Part shown: positions 54,813-64,000 of the stretch, piece by piece
Layout: every line of letters starts with the position of its first letter
How positions within the stretch are numbered: the stretch's first letter is position 1
NCBI GenBank assembly: GCA_965204375.1
Contig: OZ241986.1
Coordinates: forward strand, 3,104,001-3,168,000
Direction of reading: 5' to 3'
DNA: 64,000 nt
From: Candidatus Latescibacterota bacterium
GTDB taxonomy: Bacteria; Latescibacterota; UBA2968
Translations under genes and position numbers: made by a program
The notes under the pieces: generated by a model
What the model saw: the letters and a program-made list of their open reading frames with translations, nothing else
Told to the model about the DNA's origin: nothing
The model's database searches: none

Positions 54813-55691
54813 TCATCCAACCCCGCCGTGACCAATAAAATATCGACTCTTGTAAAGTTGATTTTCCGCATTGCTGGTGACAGCCGATAGAAATCCAGAA
54901 CGGGCTGCGGCTGCACCCCAATTGCCATATTTGTCAATGGCGATATAGGCCATCTGATAGGGGCGCGCAGAGGGAACGCGCGCAATGAGATGTTGTACAA
55001 CAGCTTCGCAGGCTTCCTGCGGCGATTTGCCATGCCGCATGTGTTCAACAACAGCAAACGACCCGCAGGTCCGAGCAATTTCCTCACCGCGACCGGTGGC
55101 CGCAGCAGCTCCTGCATCATTATCCGCATAAAGACCCGAGCCAATAAGCGGCGAATCGCCAACGCGACCAGGCAACTTAAAAGCCGCGCCACTTGTGGTA
55201 CAGGCCGCCGCGAGATTCCCGTGTTGGTCAAGAGCGATTAAGCCAATAGTATCGTGGACATCTGCGGGAGGTCCTGTTTGCTCCCTTTTCCACTTTTCCC
55301 AGGCTTCGCGCCCGTGCTCTGTAAGCATATTGCACGCTTCAAAGCCCTGTGCGCGCGCAAACTTCAGGGCGCCATTACCCGCGAGAAAAACGTGATCGGT
55401 TTTCTCCATCACGCGCTGCGCCACAGCAGTGGGCGTGGCAATATTTCTAAGCCCAGCCACCGCACCATAACCGAGAGTAATCCCATCAACAACCGCGGCA
55501 TCGACTTCGACCTCGCCCTCGGCATTGGGATATCCGCCGAATCCAACGCTCTTGACCGCAGGATCGCGTTCCGCCACCTCAGCACCCCGCACAACAGCAT
55601 CGAGCGCAGAGCCACCGCTTTTCAAAATTTTCCAGGCGGGCTGATTAGAAGCGAGACCAAACCGCCATGTGGATACAACAATATGGGACAT
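54813..55691 (-). CDS. N4-(beta-N-acetylglucosaminyl)-L-asparaginase / Ntn-hydrolase
   Basis: STW, SVGFGGYPN, HD|TIG autocleavage site, GRVGDSP, ATGRGE. Confidence 0.9.
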   Translation of the reverse strand: MSHIVVSTWRFGLASNQPAWKILKSGGSALDAVVRGAEVAERDPAVKSVGFGGYPNAEGEVEVDAAVVDGITLGYGAVAGLRNIATPTAVAQRVMEKTDHVFLAGNGALKFARAQGFEACNMLTEHGREAWEKWKREQTGPPADVHDTIGLIALDQHGNLAAACTTSGAAFKLPGRVGDSPLIGSGLYADNDAGAAAATGRGEEIARTCGSFAVVEHMRHGKSPQEACEAVVQHLIARVPSARPYQMAYIAIDKYGNWGAAAARSGFLSAVTSNAENQLYKSRYFIGHGGVG

Positions 55692-55752
55692 CGCCTTCTT
55701 TCTATTTGAAATTTTTACCTATCGTTGGAAGCTCTGTACTTGCTCGCCTTTC

Positions 55753-57048
55753 CTATTCTCCCATCGCCCGGTAAATCGCATTTCGCGTGCCCTCGAGATC
55801 AAAACACTCGTACTGGTTATCGCGCATCACACGTGAAGCAATATGCATCGCCTGCGATTCGTTCAGATAACCTTCTTCTACTTCGGCTTCAAGAGTTTTG
55901 TCAAGCCAGAAACGGGTTTGAAATGCGTAGGCAGCGGCACTGGTGGGCCAGCGCGTATCGCCGCCAAAAACAAAGAGCTTGTTGATGGGAGCACCGTGGA
56001 TAAATCGGCGGACAAAATCGCCTGAGGCGTAGGGATTGATAGACCAGGCCCAGCACAGATCTGCCCAGACATTTTTGTAGTGCTTGGTCAGCGCGATGAG
56101 TTCATCGCTGTAGGGATAGGCAATGTGCATAAGCACAAAGCGCGCGTCGAGATACTTAGCCAAAAGCGCGCAGAGATTGCCAGCTTTGATACGGTCAACG
56201 GGCATGCGGTTATTTCCGGCGTAATAGCCCGTATGGATTTTAAAAGGCAAATTGTGTTCAATCGTCAGTTCCACACCCCGTGCCCAGCACCAATCGCCAA
56301 GGCACAACCGCATAGATTCGGAAACATTGTTATTCGAGCTAAGCGTCGCGTAAAGCGCGCGTTCGACATCACCGCGGGCGCGCGCTTGCCAATTGAGAGT
56401 GCGATTGTACGCATGTTGGGCTTTAACCGCAATGGCACAAGGAGCGTGCTTTTCAAATATCGCCTCCATCGCCTTCTGAAGAGAATCGAGGTCAACAACA
56501 GCAATACCAGTATCTTCGGCAATGGCTTCCTGGTCTATCTGTCCACTGCAAAACCCCGCCCATGAAAGATCGTAAAGAAAAAAGTCTGGTCCAGATTCAT
56601 CGGGGTCACAGGGCCAGGAGGAATCATCGGTTTGAATATGATCGAGATTGGCGACTTCGCGCAGCAAATTGTAGCGACCACCAGGGGTACGCAATTCGGC
56701 CAATTTTTCCTGTGCGGGCGCGAGCACATCGGGTGTGAATTCATCAAAACCATATACATCGGTAACAATCCGCCGCACGGCCTCGCCATAACCCGTGTAT
56801 TGCGTGGCCTCCCACGCCGCATGCACACCTTCAAAACGCCCGGCGAGGTCTGGGTCTGAAGCATCTGTGAGACGCCTCAGAGCTTCCTGCGATGCACCAG
56901 CCGTAATGAGGTCCGCAGGCACATAATTGCCAAAAAGGTCCTGTAATACGTCGGGACCGTCGTCAAGCCAGTCAGGCTCCCGACGAAGATGTTCGTGCGT
57001 ATCGCACAGTGCCGTTTGTTTGATATGTTCAGATAAATTGGTGGTCAT
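55753..57048 (-). CDS. Amidohydrolase_2 family protein
   Basis: DTHEH, KIHTG, FVLMHIAYPY, ADLCW, FGGD. Confidence 0.85.
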   Translation of the reverse strand: MTTNLSEHIKQTALCDTHEHLRREPDWLDDGPDVLQDLFGNYVPADLITAGASQEALRRLTDASDPDLAGRFEGVHAAWEATQYTGYGEAVRRIVTDVYGFDEFTPDVLAPAQEKLAELRTPGGRYNLLREVANLDHIQTDDSSWPCDPDESGPDFFLYDLSWAGFCSGQIDQEAIAEDTGIAVVDLDSLQKAMEAIFEKHAPCAIAVKAQHAYNRTLNWQARARGDVERALYATLSSNNNVSESMRLCLGDWCWARGVELTIEHNLPFKIHTGYYAGNNRMPVDRIKAGNLCALLAKYLDARFVLMHIAYPYSDELIALTKHYKNVWADLCWAWSINPYASGDFVRRFIHGAPINKLFVFGGDTRWPTSAAAYAFQTRFWLDKTLEAEVEEGYLNESQAMHIASRVMRDNQYECFDLEGTRNAIYRAMGE

Positions 57049-57064
57049 GTATTTATTCCTTTCA

Positions 57065-57832
57065 TCACCTCGCAACTTTCAACCAATATCCCCCATCCAC
57101 ACTCAACACCGTCCCCGTAATATAGTCTGCAGCATCGGAACAGAGAAATGCGGCGGCATTGGCAATATCTTCCGGCGTACCCAGGCGCTTCCAGGGCAGC
57201 GCAGTAGCAGCCTCTCGGATTTGTTCTTCCGTCGCATATTGACGCTCGCCGGGCGTGTCGATGTACCCGGGCGTAATCACATTGGCGCGAATGCGGTGAT
57301 CGGTGAGTTCATTGGCAATAGTCGCCGACATCTGATTGATCCCCGCCTTTGCCGCATTATAGGGCAACGAAGTAGAAAAGGGAATATTGGACAAAACAGA
57401 ACTGATAAAGAGAATCGCACCTCCGTCACCTTGTTTGACCATCTGGCGAGCGCCGGCCTGCGCCATGTGGAAAGCACCCCAAAACGTGACATCAAGCGTG
57501 CGAAGCGCGCCATTCAGTTCCAGATCGAGAAAAGGTTCGCGTTTGCTGTAATACGCATTGGAAACCACAATATCGAGACGCCCAAATTGTTCAACCGTTG
57601 CGGCCACCATCGCATCCACCGCATCGCGGTCAGACACATCTGCGCCATAGACAAGCGCGTCAGACCCCGCATCGCGAATCTCATCTGCAACTTCCTCTGC
57701 CTCATCGGGATGCGTGCGATAGTTGACCACAACCCTCGCACCTGACCGTCCCATCCGAAGGGCAATACCGCGCCCAATACCGCGCGACGCACCAGAAATA
57801 AGCGCGACCTTTCCGTCTAATTTGATATTCAT
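57065..57832 (-). CDS. Short-chain dehydrogenase/reductase
   Basis: SGASRGIG, YNAAK, ANVITPG, ITGTVLSVDGG. Confidence 0.92.
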   Translation of the reverse strand: MNIKLDGKVALISGASRGIGRGIALRMGRSGARVVVNYRTHPDEAEEVADEIRDAGSDALVYGADVSDRDAVDAMVAATVEQFGRLDIVVSNAYYSKREPFLDLELNGALRTLDVTFWGAFHMAQAGARQMVKQGDGGAILFISSVLSNIPFSTSLPYNAAKAGINQMSATIANELTDHRIRANVITPGYIDTPGERQYATEEQIREAATALPWKRLGTPEDIANAAAFLCSDAADYITGTVLSVDGGYWLKVAR

Positions 57833-57851
57833 AGAGAACTCCTTATTTAAC

Positions 57852-58271
57852 TCACCCCGCGGGCAGACCGGTACCCGGCCACTGGTCATCGCTGGATGTA
57901 ACATCTACAGTGATACCATCGGGATCCTCTACTTTGAAGGCACCTTCTTCGAGCTTATCCGGAGCCAGGGGCTGCTTACCACCCAGACCATCGGAAAAAA
58001 TCTCGTAACCCATATCCGTCAAACGCCGCGCCGCGGCTTCCAGATCGGGAACTCGAATACCAATATGCAAATAATCCAGCATCCCGCTAACATGCTCTGG
58101 GCGAGAAGGCCCATTGTGCTGAAAAATGCGAAAATTGTGATATCCATCGGTCAAATCAAAAGATTGACCTCGATCCTGAACAAGACGCAAACCCAGGCCA
58201 TCTCGCCAGAAGCGGATGGTCTCATCGATGTCTGTGGCGCGCACGCCAATATGAACAAGTGCAGTAGCCAT
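57852..58271 (-). CDS. VOC/glyoxalase family protein
   Basis: HIGVRATD..FWRDGLG, HIGIRVPDL, EDPDG. Confidence 0.88.
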   Translation of the reverse strand: MATALVHIGVRATDIDETIRFWRDGLGLRLVQDRGQSFDLTDGYHNFRIFQHNGPSRPEHVSGMLDYLHIGIRVPDLEAAARRLTDMGYEIFSDGLGGKQPLAPDKLEEGAFKVEDPDGITVDVTSSDDQWPGTGLPAG

Positions 58272-58312
58272 AATGGTATTCCTCCTGTTAAAATGTAATC
58301 TGCCTGATCCCC

Positions 58313-60064
58313 TCACCGCTGATCCCACAACTGCTGCATTTCCGCACACGATTCGAGCAACTCGTCCAGCGTACCCACGCCCTCGATACGACCATTTTTC
58401 AGAACGACAATTTGATCTGCGCGGCGAAGCGCGGGGCGGCGGTGAGAAACCACGAGACAAGTAGCCCGGCGGTGTTCAAAAACGCGCCGCCAGAGAACGC
58501 GCTCGGTTTCTACATCCAGTGCAGAAGACAAATCGTCAAAAACCAGAAGTTCGGGATCGCGAATAAACATGCGTGCGGCAGCAGTGCGCTGAATTTGACC
58601 GCCGGAAAGTTTGACACCACGCGGTCCAACAATCGTATCCAGACCGTTTTCAAGAGTGGAAATATCGGTCTCCATAACACCATTGTAAAGCGCGTGTTCG
58701 AGTGCTTGTGGATCATCGGGCACCCCCAAAAGAATATTATCGCGCAGAGACTCGCTAAAAAGATGTGGAATCTGCGGCGTATAAGCACAGCGCGGAGGCA
58801 CAAAAAAGGTCCTGGGATCCACGACCTTCTCACCATTCCAGTAAATATCCCCGCTCGCAAGCGGAAGAACACCGATAAGCGCGCGGATAAGCGTGGTCTT
58901 GCCCGATCCGATTTGCCCCGTAATAACCGTGAATGATCCAGCGGGAATGACGAGATCAATATTGTAAACACCATTTGTGGATTTGGGATAAATATAAGTC
59001 ATATTGCGAATGGTAAGAGCGTTGAGCCTGTCCGATTCCGCGCGGGCTGGCAACACCAGTCCACCGGGTTCTCTGTCGAGATAAACATCCGTGTGTTGAG
59101 AAATACGTTCGCGGGGAATATCTTCAATCGTATAGGCCATCCGAAAATAAGAAACTTCGGCGCGCTTGTGGTTGGTGAGAATGGTCCCCAGCAAAGAACC
59201 GCTTCTGGCAACCTGACCGACATAAGTAGCAAAAAGGGCCATATCGCCAACCGTGAACGTACCCGACTTCATTTTTTCCGCCACGAGAATCAGGATAACG
59301 CCCGTGGCAATATGCCCCAGATTGAAATTAATAGAACTTAGAATTTGAGTAAAAAGATTATCGATAAGAGTGGATACGCGGCGCGCATCATTGAGTTGCC
59401 GAAAGCGGTCAATCACATGGGCTTGCGTGGTGGCAACTTTGACAGCGAGGATAGATTGAAACATCTCATTGATAAAATTGGTGGATCGCTCTGTTGCAAC
59501 GCGCTGTGCAGTGCGGTATTTGTAAATATAGTTGCGGGCAAAATCCACAACAATAACCACGCCTATCGCCGGTATAATCGTGATAAAAGTGATATAGGGA
59601 TCAATTCTCGACATATAAAAAATGGCGAGTACCGCAAATACGAGATTGCCCCACATGTGGATATATCGATTGAGGTATTGAATAATACCCAACACATCGT
59701 CTCGAAATCGGTTGGTCACCTCGCCAGAGGCGGTGGAAATCTTTCCCGGATCTCGAACTTCCAGAATAGCAGTCATAAGATTTTTCCGCAAAAGCGTTTC
59801 AATAGCATACCACCAGCGCGGCCAGACAAAAGCCGAACCAAAAAGGGCGATGCGGTCGCCAATCTCAACAGCAACAAAAAGCGCGACGAGCGACCAAGCG
59901 GTGAACCCCGCTTCTGCCTGGCCGGTGAGCGCATCAAAAAAGCCCTTCATAATAACGCCCGCGAGGAAGGGCGCGATATCATCAATACCACGAAAAAATA
60001 TCGTGGCAAAAAAAAGTCCGGGACGGAACTTGAGCAGGTGCCATGTCGTTTGACCCATCGTCAT
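58313..60064 (-). CDS. ABC exporter, fused permease-ATPase (heterodimer subunit B)
   Basis: TM domain, GQIGSGKT, LSGGQ, degenerate Walker B VFDD. Confidence 0.92.
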   Translation of the reverse strand: MTMGQTTWHLLKFRPGLFFATIFFRGIDDIAPFLAGVIMKGFFDALTGQAEAGFTAWSLVALFVAVEIGDRIALFGSAFVWPRWWYAIETLLRKNLMTAILEVRDPGKISTASGEVTNRFRDDVLGIIQYLNRYIHMWGNLVFAVLAIFYMSRIDPYITFITIIPAIGVVIVVDFARNYIYKYRTAQRVATERSTNFINEMFQSILAVKVATTQAHVIDRFRQLNDARRVSTLIDNLFTQILSSINFNLGHIATGVILILVAEKMKSGTFTVGDMALFATYVGQVARSGSLLGTILTNHKRAEVSYFRMAYTIEDIPRERISQHTDVYLDREPGGLVLPARAESDRLNALTIRNMTYIYPKSTNGVYNIDLVIPAGSFTVITGQIGSGKTTLIRALIGVLPLASGDIYWNGEKVVDPRTFFVPPRCAYTPQIPHLFSESLRDNILLGVPDDPQALEHALYNGVMETDISTLENGLDTIVGPRGVKLSGGQIQRTAAARMFIRDPELLVFDDLSSALDVETERVLWRRVFEHRRATCLVVSHRRPALRRADQIVVLKNGRIEGVGTLDELLESCAEMQQLWDQR

Positions 60065-61875
60065 GCGATAAGTTCCTCCAGACCCGTATTGAGCAGGCGT
60101 GAAAACTGCGAATTTGGATCTGCGACGAGATCTGCGCGAAGACCAAATTCACCCACCTGTCCGTTGTCGAGAATGAGAATATTATCCACGCGCTCCACGG
60201 TCTCAAGGCGATGCGCAATAATAATACCCGTGCGATTCTGCAACAGGCGTTCCACTGCAAAATTGATATTCTGCTCGGTTGCGGGATCGAGCCGCGATGA
60301 AGGCTCATCCAAAATGACCAGACCGGGATCTTTGAGAAAAACGCGGGCAAAGGCGAGCAACTGGGCTTCGCCAGCCGAGAGGCTGCCTGAGACGAGTTCG
60401 GTCTCCAAACCATCGGGCAATGACGCATACCATGCACCAAGGCCGAGATCCTCGAGTGTGGCGACGATTTTTTTATCCGAAACACCGGGCCGAAAAAGGG
60501 TAAGATTGTCGTGTACGCTGGCATTGAAAAGTTGCACATCCTGCGTAACGAGACCGACGTGCTGTCGCAAATCGTCGAGCAAAATATCCCGGATATTTTG
60601 ATCACCAATGCGAATTTGTCCGCGCTGAATATCGTAAAAGCGAAAGAGCAAGCGAGTAATCGTAGTTTTGCCACTGCCCGTGCGCCCCAACAGGCCGAGG
60701 GTTTTGCCCGGATCGAGAGAAAAGGAAATATTCCGCAGAACGGGGTCGTCGGGCGTGTACGCAAAATGGACATTGTCAAACGCAATGCCCAGAGGCATTA
60801 CCTCGAGTTTGCCTGAAGAAGCAGATAGTTTTTCATTCCCATCCCGAATGCGGGTCTGGATGCGGTGAAGTTCTTCAATGCGTTTAAGCCCGGCGGTTGC
60901 GCGTTGCAAATCGTTGATTTGCTGGCTAATTTGAAAAAGCGGTTCGCGCAACATCGACGTATAGTGAAAAACGAGAAAGACCGCGCCAATTGTAAACGTA
61001 CCCTCCCGATAAAGCCAGATACCCATGCCCATTGCAAGCGCGTAACCGAGCGCGAACATAATACCGGTAATCGCACGCAACCCCTCACTCATAAACTCGG
61101 ACTTTTTTATGCGGGCAAAAACGCCGTTATTGACCCCGTAAAACCGATTCACAGTGTAGTCGCCTGCGCCATTTGTGCGGATGTCTTCAAGACCGAGCAA
61201 TCGCTCTTCGATAAATCCGTACAACCGCGCATAACTTTCGCGTTCGGCCGTGTAAATGGGCACGGCAATATTGCGCGTGAGATTAAAAACAACAAAGGCG
61301 AGAATCGAAAAAGCAGTCAGCGCTGCGCCCACGCGCCAATCTTCGCGGAAGACGAGAATAAGGACGCCCAAAAGAAAAAATGAGCTTCCAATAACATGGA
61401 TGACAAATTGCGAAAAAAAATTAGAAAGTGCCGTCGTATCGCCGTCAACGCGCTCGATCATCTCGCCCGGAGTATGCGCGTGGTGAAAGCCCATATCGAG
61501 GTTGAGACAGTGGTGCGCGAGCGTATTCCGCATCTGATTCGTTGCGCGCCAGCCCACATCTTGCCCGAGATAAGAACTCACAATTTGCACGCCCTGGCGA
61601 ATAATGCCAATGGCGAGAAACGCGATACCCGCCCATATCAGATTTTGCACGGCACCATCTGCCTGCGCCGTATCGATGAAATATCGGACGATTTGGGGAT
61701 TGAGCAGATTGAGACCAATGCCGGTGAACATGAAAACGCCAAGAAAAACAACGCGCTTCCAATGAGGGCGAAGATAGTGTATCAGGAGGGTAGCATAATG
61801 CCTGAGAGGGACGCGTTCCAAGAGGATTCCCGAAGTGAAAAAAAACAAAAAAAAATCGACGCCCAAAAAGATCAA
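60061..61875 (-). CDS. ABC exporter, fused permease-ATPase (heterodimer subunit A)
   Basis: TM domain, GRTGSGKT, degenerate signature LSAGE, ILDEP, AHRL. The true start may lie slightly downstream. Confidence 0.92.
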   Translation of the reverse strand: MIFLGVDFFLFFFTSGILLERVPLRHYATLLIHYLRPHWKRVVFLGVFMFTGIGLNLLNPQIVRYFIDTAQADGAVQNLIWAGIAFLAIGIIRQGVQIVSSYLGQDVGWRATNQMRNTLAHHCLNLDMGFHHAHTPGEMIERVDGDTTALSNFFSQFVIHVIGSSFFLLGVLILVFREDWRVGAALTAFSILAFVVFNLTRNIAVPIYTAERESYARLYGFIEERLLGLEDIRTNGAGDYTVNRFYGVNNGVFARIKKSEFMSEGLRAITGIMFALGYALAMGMGIWLYREGTFTIGAVFLVFHYTSMLREPLFQISQQINDLQRATAGLKRIEELHRIQTRIRDGNEKLSASSGKLEVMPLGIAFDNVHFAYTPDDPVLRNISFSLDPGKTLGLLGRTGSGKTTITRLLFRFYDIQRGQIRIGDQNIRDILLDDLRQHVGLVTQDVQLFNASVHDNLTLFRPGVSDKKIVATLEDLGLGAWYASLPDGLETELVSGSLSAGEAQLLAFARVFLKDPGLVILDEPSSRLDPATEQNINFAVERLLQNRTGIIIAHRLETVERVDNILILDNGQVGEFGLRADLVADPNSQFSRLLNTGLEELIA

Positions 61876-61945
61876 AGTGCTTGAAAATTACGATGTCGCA
61901 TGTTAATTTCCAAATAAAATTTAATCACTAACACGGTAATCCAAC

Positions 61946-63250
61946 TTGTCTTTTAGTGAAATGCCCCCTAAACTCATCCCCATTCTAAAAAACACGGGCC
62001 TCGACATCCATTGGGAAAAATCCGTCTCAACATTCCCCGGCAACCTCCCCTTTCTTCAGCCCGAAGCCATCCGCGAAAACGGCGACTGGGCAAATCTTCC
62101 ACCCGACGCCATAGACTTTGCAATCCACGCCGCCCAAAAAATCGCCACAGATCCCGACCTCGCGCACCTGGCCTGGCATGCCCATCGCCTGCTCTTCATC
62201 GACAAAAGCACCCAGAACTCGGCAACCCGCGACTGGCCCCTCCTCACCTCCTTACTCGGCAATTACGGCGGTGCCTTTTATCTCCTCATCGCACTCTCGG
62301 GCATACCGCAACTCCGCACCTACCACCAATCGCGCAACATACCCGGACACATCACCCGCCTGACCTGTCGCGACACGTACGTCTGGGCGCAGCAATACCA
62401 CGACATCGGCGTTTTCAAAAACGATCGTTTCTTCCACCCGGGCGACCCCGGTGCATGGGGGCTATGCACACGCATCTTGCCCTGGCTGCTCGGCCATCTC
62501 AACGGCGACCTCTACCGCATAGGACGCTTACAATACAAAACGGAGCCCTTTCGACAGAAAATGCGCGCCTACCGCCATCGCACCACTGCACAAATATATC
62601 TCCTGTGCAAATCCGGATTGGAATTTCGCACCGACGGCAACTTCAATGGCGCGGGCGGACGAGAAGACCCGCATGCCTGGACATCCGAACTCACCGAAAC
62701 CTCGACCCATATCACCGGCAATCCCATACACCCCAACGGCCATGCACAACGCCGACCAGTCAGCCTCTCGCGCTCTCACTGGGATTGCGTCCTCACCGAA
62801 GGCGATCCCATCCTCGAAATTCACATCCCCGAAGACGGACCAATGGCATTTGAAAATTGCGGCGACTCTCTCCGCCTGGTCGCCGAATTCTTTCCCAAAC
62901 ACTTCCCCGACCACCCCTTCAAAGCGATCTGTTGCACATCCTGGTTCCTCGACCCCACATACCAGCACTTACTCGCCAAAAATTCCAACATCGTTCGCTT
63001 CCAGCGAGAATGTTATCTCTTTCCTCTCAACTCGCGCAGCAAATACAGCAGCCTCGAACGCATCTTCGGTCCATACTCCCACGACCTCTCCACAGCCCCA
63101 CGCGACAGCAGCATGAGAGCCGCAGTACTCGATCACATAGATAACGGCGGCGCGCTCATCAGCGGCGGTTGCCTCCTCTGGACAGACCACCTCGACAAAT
63201 GGGGCACCCAATTTCATCTCCGCCAACACCCCATAACCAGCCCCAAGTAG
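61946..63250 (+). CDS. DUF5596-type acyltransferase-domain protein
   Basis: LYRIGRLQY, LEIHIP..GP, CTSWFLDP, SNIVRFQ, APRDSSMR. Confidence 0.7.
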   Translation: MSFSEMPPKLIPILKNTGLDIHWEKSVSTFPGNLPFLQPEAIRENGDWANLPPDAIDFAIHAAQKIATDPDLAHLAWHAHRLLFIDKSTQNSATRDWPLLTSLLGNYGGAFYLLIALSGIPQLRTYHQSRNIPGHITRLTCRDTYVWAQQYHDIGVFKNDRFFHPGDPGAWGLCTRILPWLLGHLNGDLYRIGRLQYKTEPFRQKMRAYRHRTTAQIYLLCKSGLEFRTDGNFNGAGGREDPHAWTSELTETSTHITGNPIHPNGHAQRRPVSLSRSHWDCVLTEGDPILEIHIPEDGPMAFENCGDSLRLVAEFFPKHFPDHPFKAICCTSWFLDPTYQHLLAKNSNIVRFQRECYLFPLNSRSKYSSLERIFGPYSHDLSTAPRDSSMRAAVLDHIDNGGALISGGCLLWTDHLDKWGTQFHLRQHPITSPK

Positions 63251-63269
63251 TCAGTAGTCAGCAGTCAGC
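63246..63269. repeat. Heptamer tandem repeat
   Basis: AGTAGTC AGTAGTC AGCAGTC AGC, overlapping the upstream stop codon. Confidence 0.75.
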
Positions 63270-63289
63270 CTGCCCAACACACAGCCCCT

Positions 63290-63327
63290 CGCCTTTCATC
63301 TGCGTCTATCTGCGTCCATCTGCGGAT
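63290..63327. repeat. Decamer tandem element, copy 2
   Basis: 34/38 identical to 42348-42385. Confidence 0.88.
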
Positions 63328-63329
63328 AG

Positions 63330-63358
63330 TTGACATCTCCCCAAACGCACATTACCTT
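63330..63358 (+). promoter_or_regulatory. sigma70 promoter, probably giving a leaderless mRNA
   Basis: TTGACA-N17-TACCTT. The ATG begins 7 nt after the -10 box and there is no SD. Confidence 0.6.
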
Positions 63359-63364
63359 TCGCCC

Positions 63365-64000
63365 ATGTCCAACATCCCCGACATCACCGTCCAGAACCTC
63401 GGAAAAACTTATGAAGTGCCCCAGCGAGAACCCGGATTGGGCGCAGCGATCAAAAGCCTTGTCTCGCGCACCACACGCGACGTCGAAGCCGTCAAAAACA
63501 TCTCTTTTGACGTTGCCCCGGGCGAAATCGTCGGATTCTTGGGACCCAATGGCGCAGGCAAAACCACCACCCTCAAAATGCTCTCCGGCTTGCTCCACCC
63601 CACAGCCGGCGAAATCTCAGTCATTGGACACACCCCTTATGCGCGCCACAAAGACTTTCTCAACCGCATCACCCTCGTCATGGGCCAGCGCAACCAGCTC
63701 ATGTGGGACATCCCTGTAGCCGACTCTTTTGAACGCAACCGCGCAATCTATCGCATTTCTCACGGCGAATACAACAAAACCCTCGACGAACTCAGCGCCT
63801 TACTCGACTTGAGCGATTTGCTCTCCAAACCCGTGCGCAATCTCTCATTGGGAGAACGCATGAAATGTGAAATCGCCGCAGCCTTGCTCCATCGTCCAAA
63901 GATTCTCTTCCTCGACGAACCCACCATTGGCCTCGACGTCACCATGCAGCGCCGTATCCGCGCCTTCCTGGGCGAATACAACCGCCGCCACAGCGCGACC
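63365..64000 (+). CDS. ABC transporter ATP-binding protein (COG4586-like), 3' end outside the window
   Basis: Not in the ORF track. MSNIPDITVQNLGKTY..GPNGAGKTT..LSLGERMKCE..LFLDEPTIGLD. Confidence 0.9.
   Translation, partial: MSNIPDITVQNLGKTYEVPQREPGLGAAIKSLVSRTTRDVEAVKNISFDVAPGEIVGFLGPNGAGKTTTLKMLSGLLHPTAGEISVIGHTPYARHKDFLNRITLVMGQRNQLMWDIPVADSFERNRAIYRISHGEYNKTLDELSALLDLSDLLSKPVRNLSLGERMKCEIAAALLHRPKILFLDEPTIGLDVTMQRRIRAFLGEYNRRHSAT

Overview
Bacterial chromosomal window of about 59 genes, nearly all on the minus strand. I found no rRNA, tRNA, CRISPR array, integrase or transposase. The gene content (sulfatases, PhyH dioxygenases, an ankyrin protein, a TonB receptor, TolC) fits a Gram-negative heterotroph of the kind seen among marine or sponge-associated candidate phyla; that placement is inference only. 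Four parts stand out. (1) 1-~10,960 is a more AT-rich array of 17 short co-oriented genes for small-molecule modification (APH-, ANT- and AAC(3)-like enzymes, GNATs, methyltransferases, NUDIX, Dcd, RidA, HigBA). Several junctions consist of 27-71 bp diverged copies of other genes or leaders from the same array, with no attC sites or integrase. (2) 21.6-31.3 kb is a putative lipid synthesis and export cluster: IPCT/DIPPS-type cytidylyltransferase-CDP-alcohol phosphotransferase fusion, HpnL-like flippase, TolC, MlaC/HpnM-like shuttle, MMPL/HpnN-like pump, an internally duplicated membrane protein and a GMC oxidoreductase. (3) 47.2-49.4 kb is an AT-rich type II R-M pair in which a controller-like HTH is fused to a PD-(D/E)xK nuclease and a perfect C-box palindrome overlaps the methyltransferase -10 box. 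(4) Several short tandem or inverted repeat elements and an ~89-nt hairpin behind infA. Several start codons were moved from the ORF track using RBS position or family context. All family assignments come from motif recognition, not database searches.
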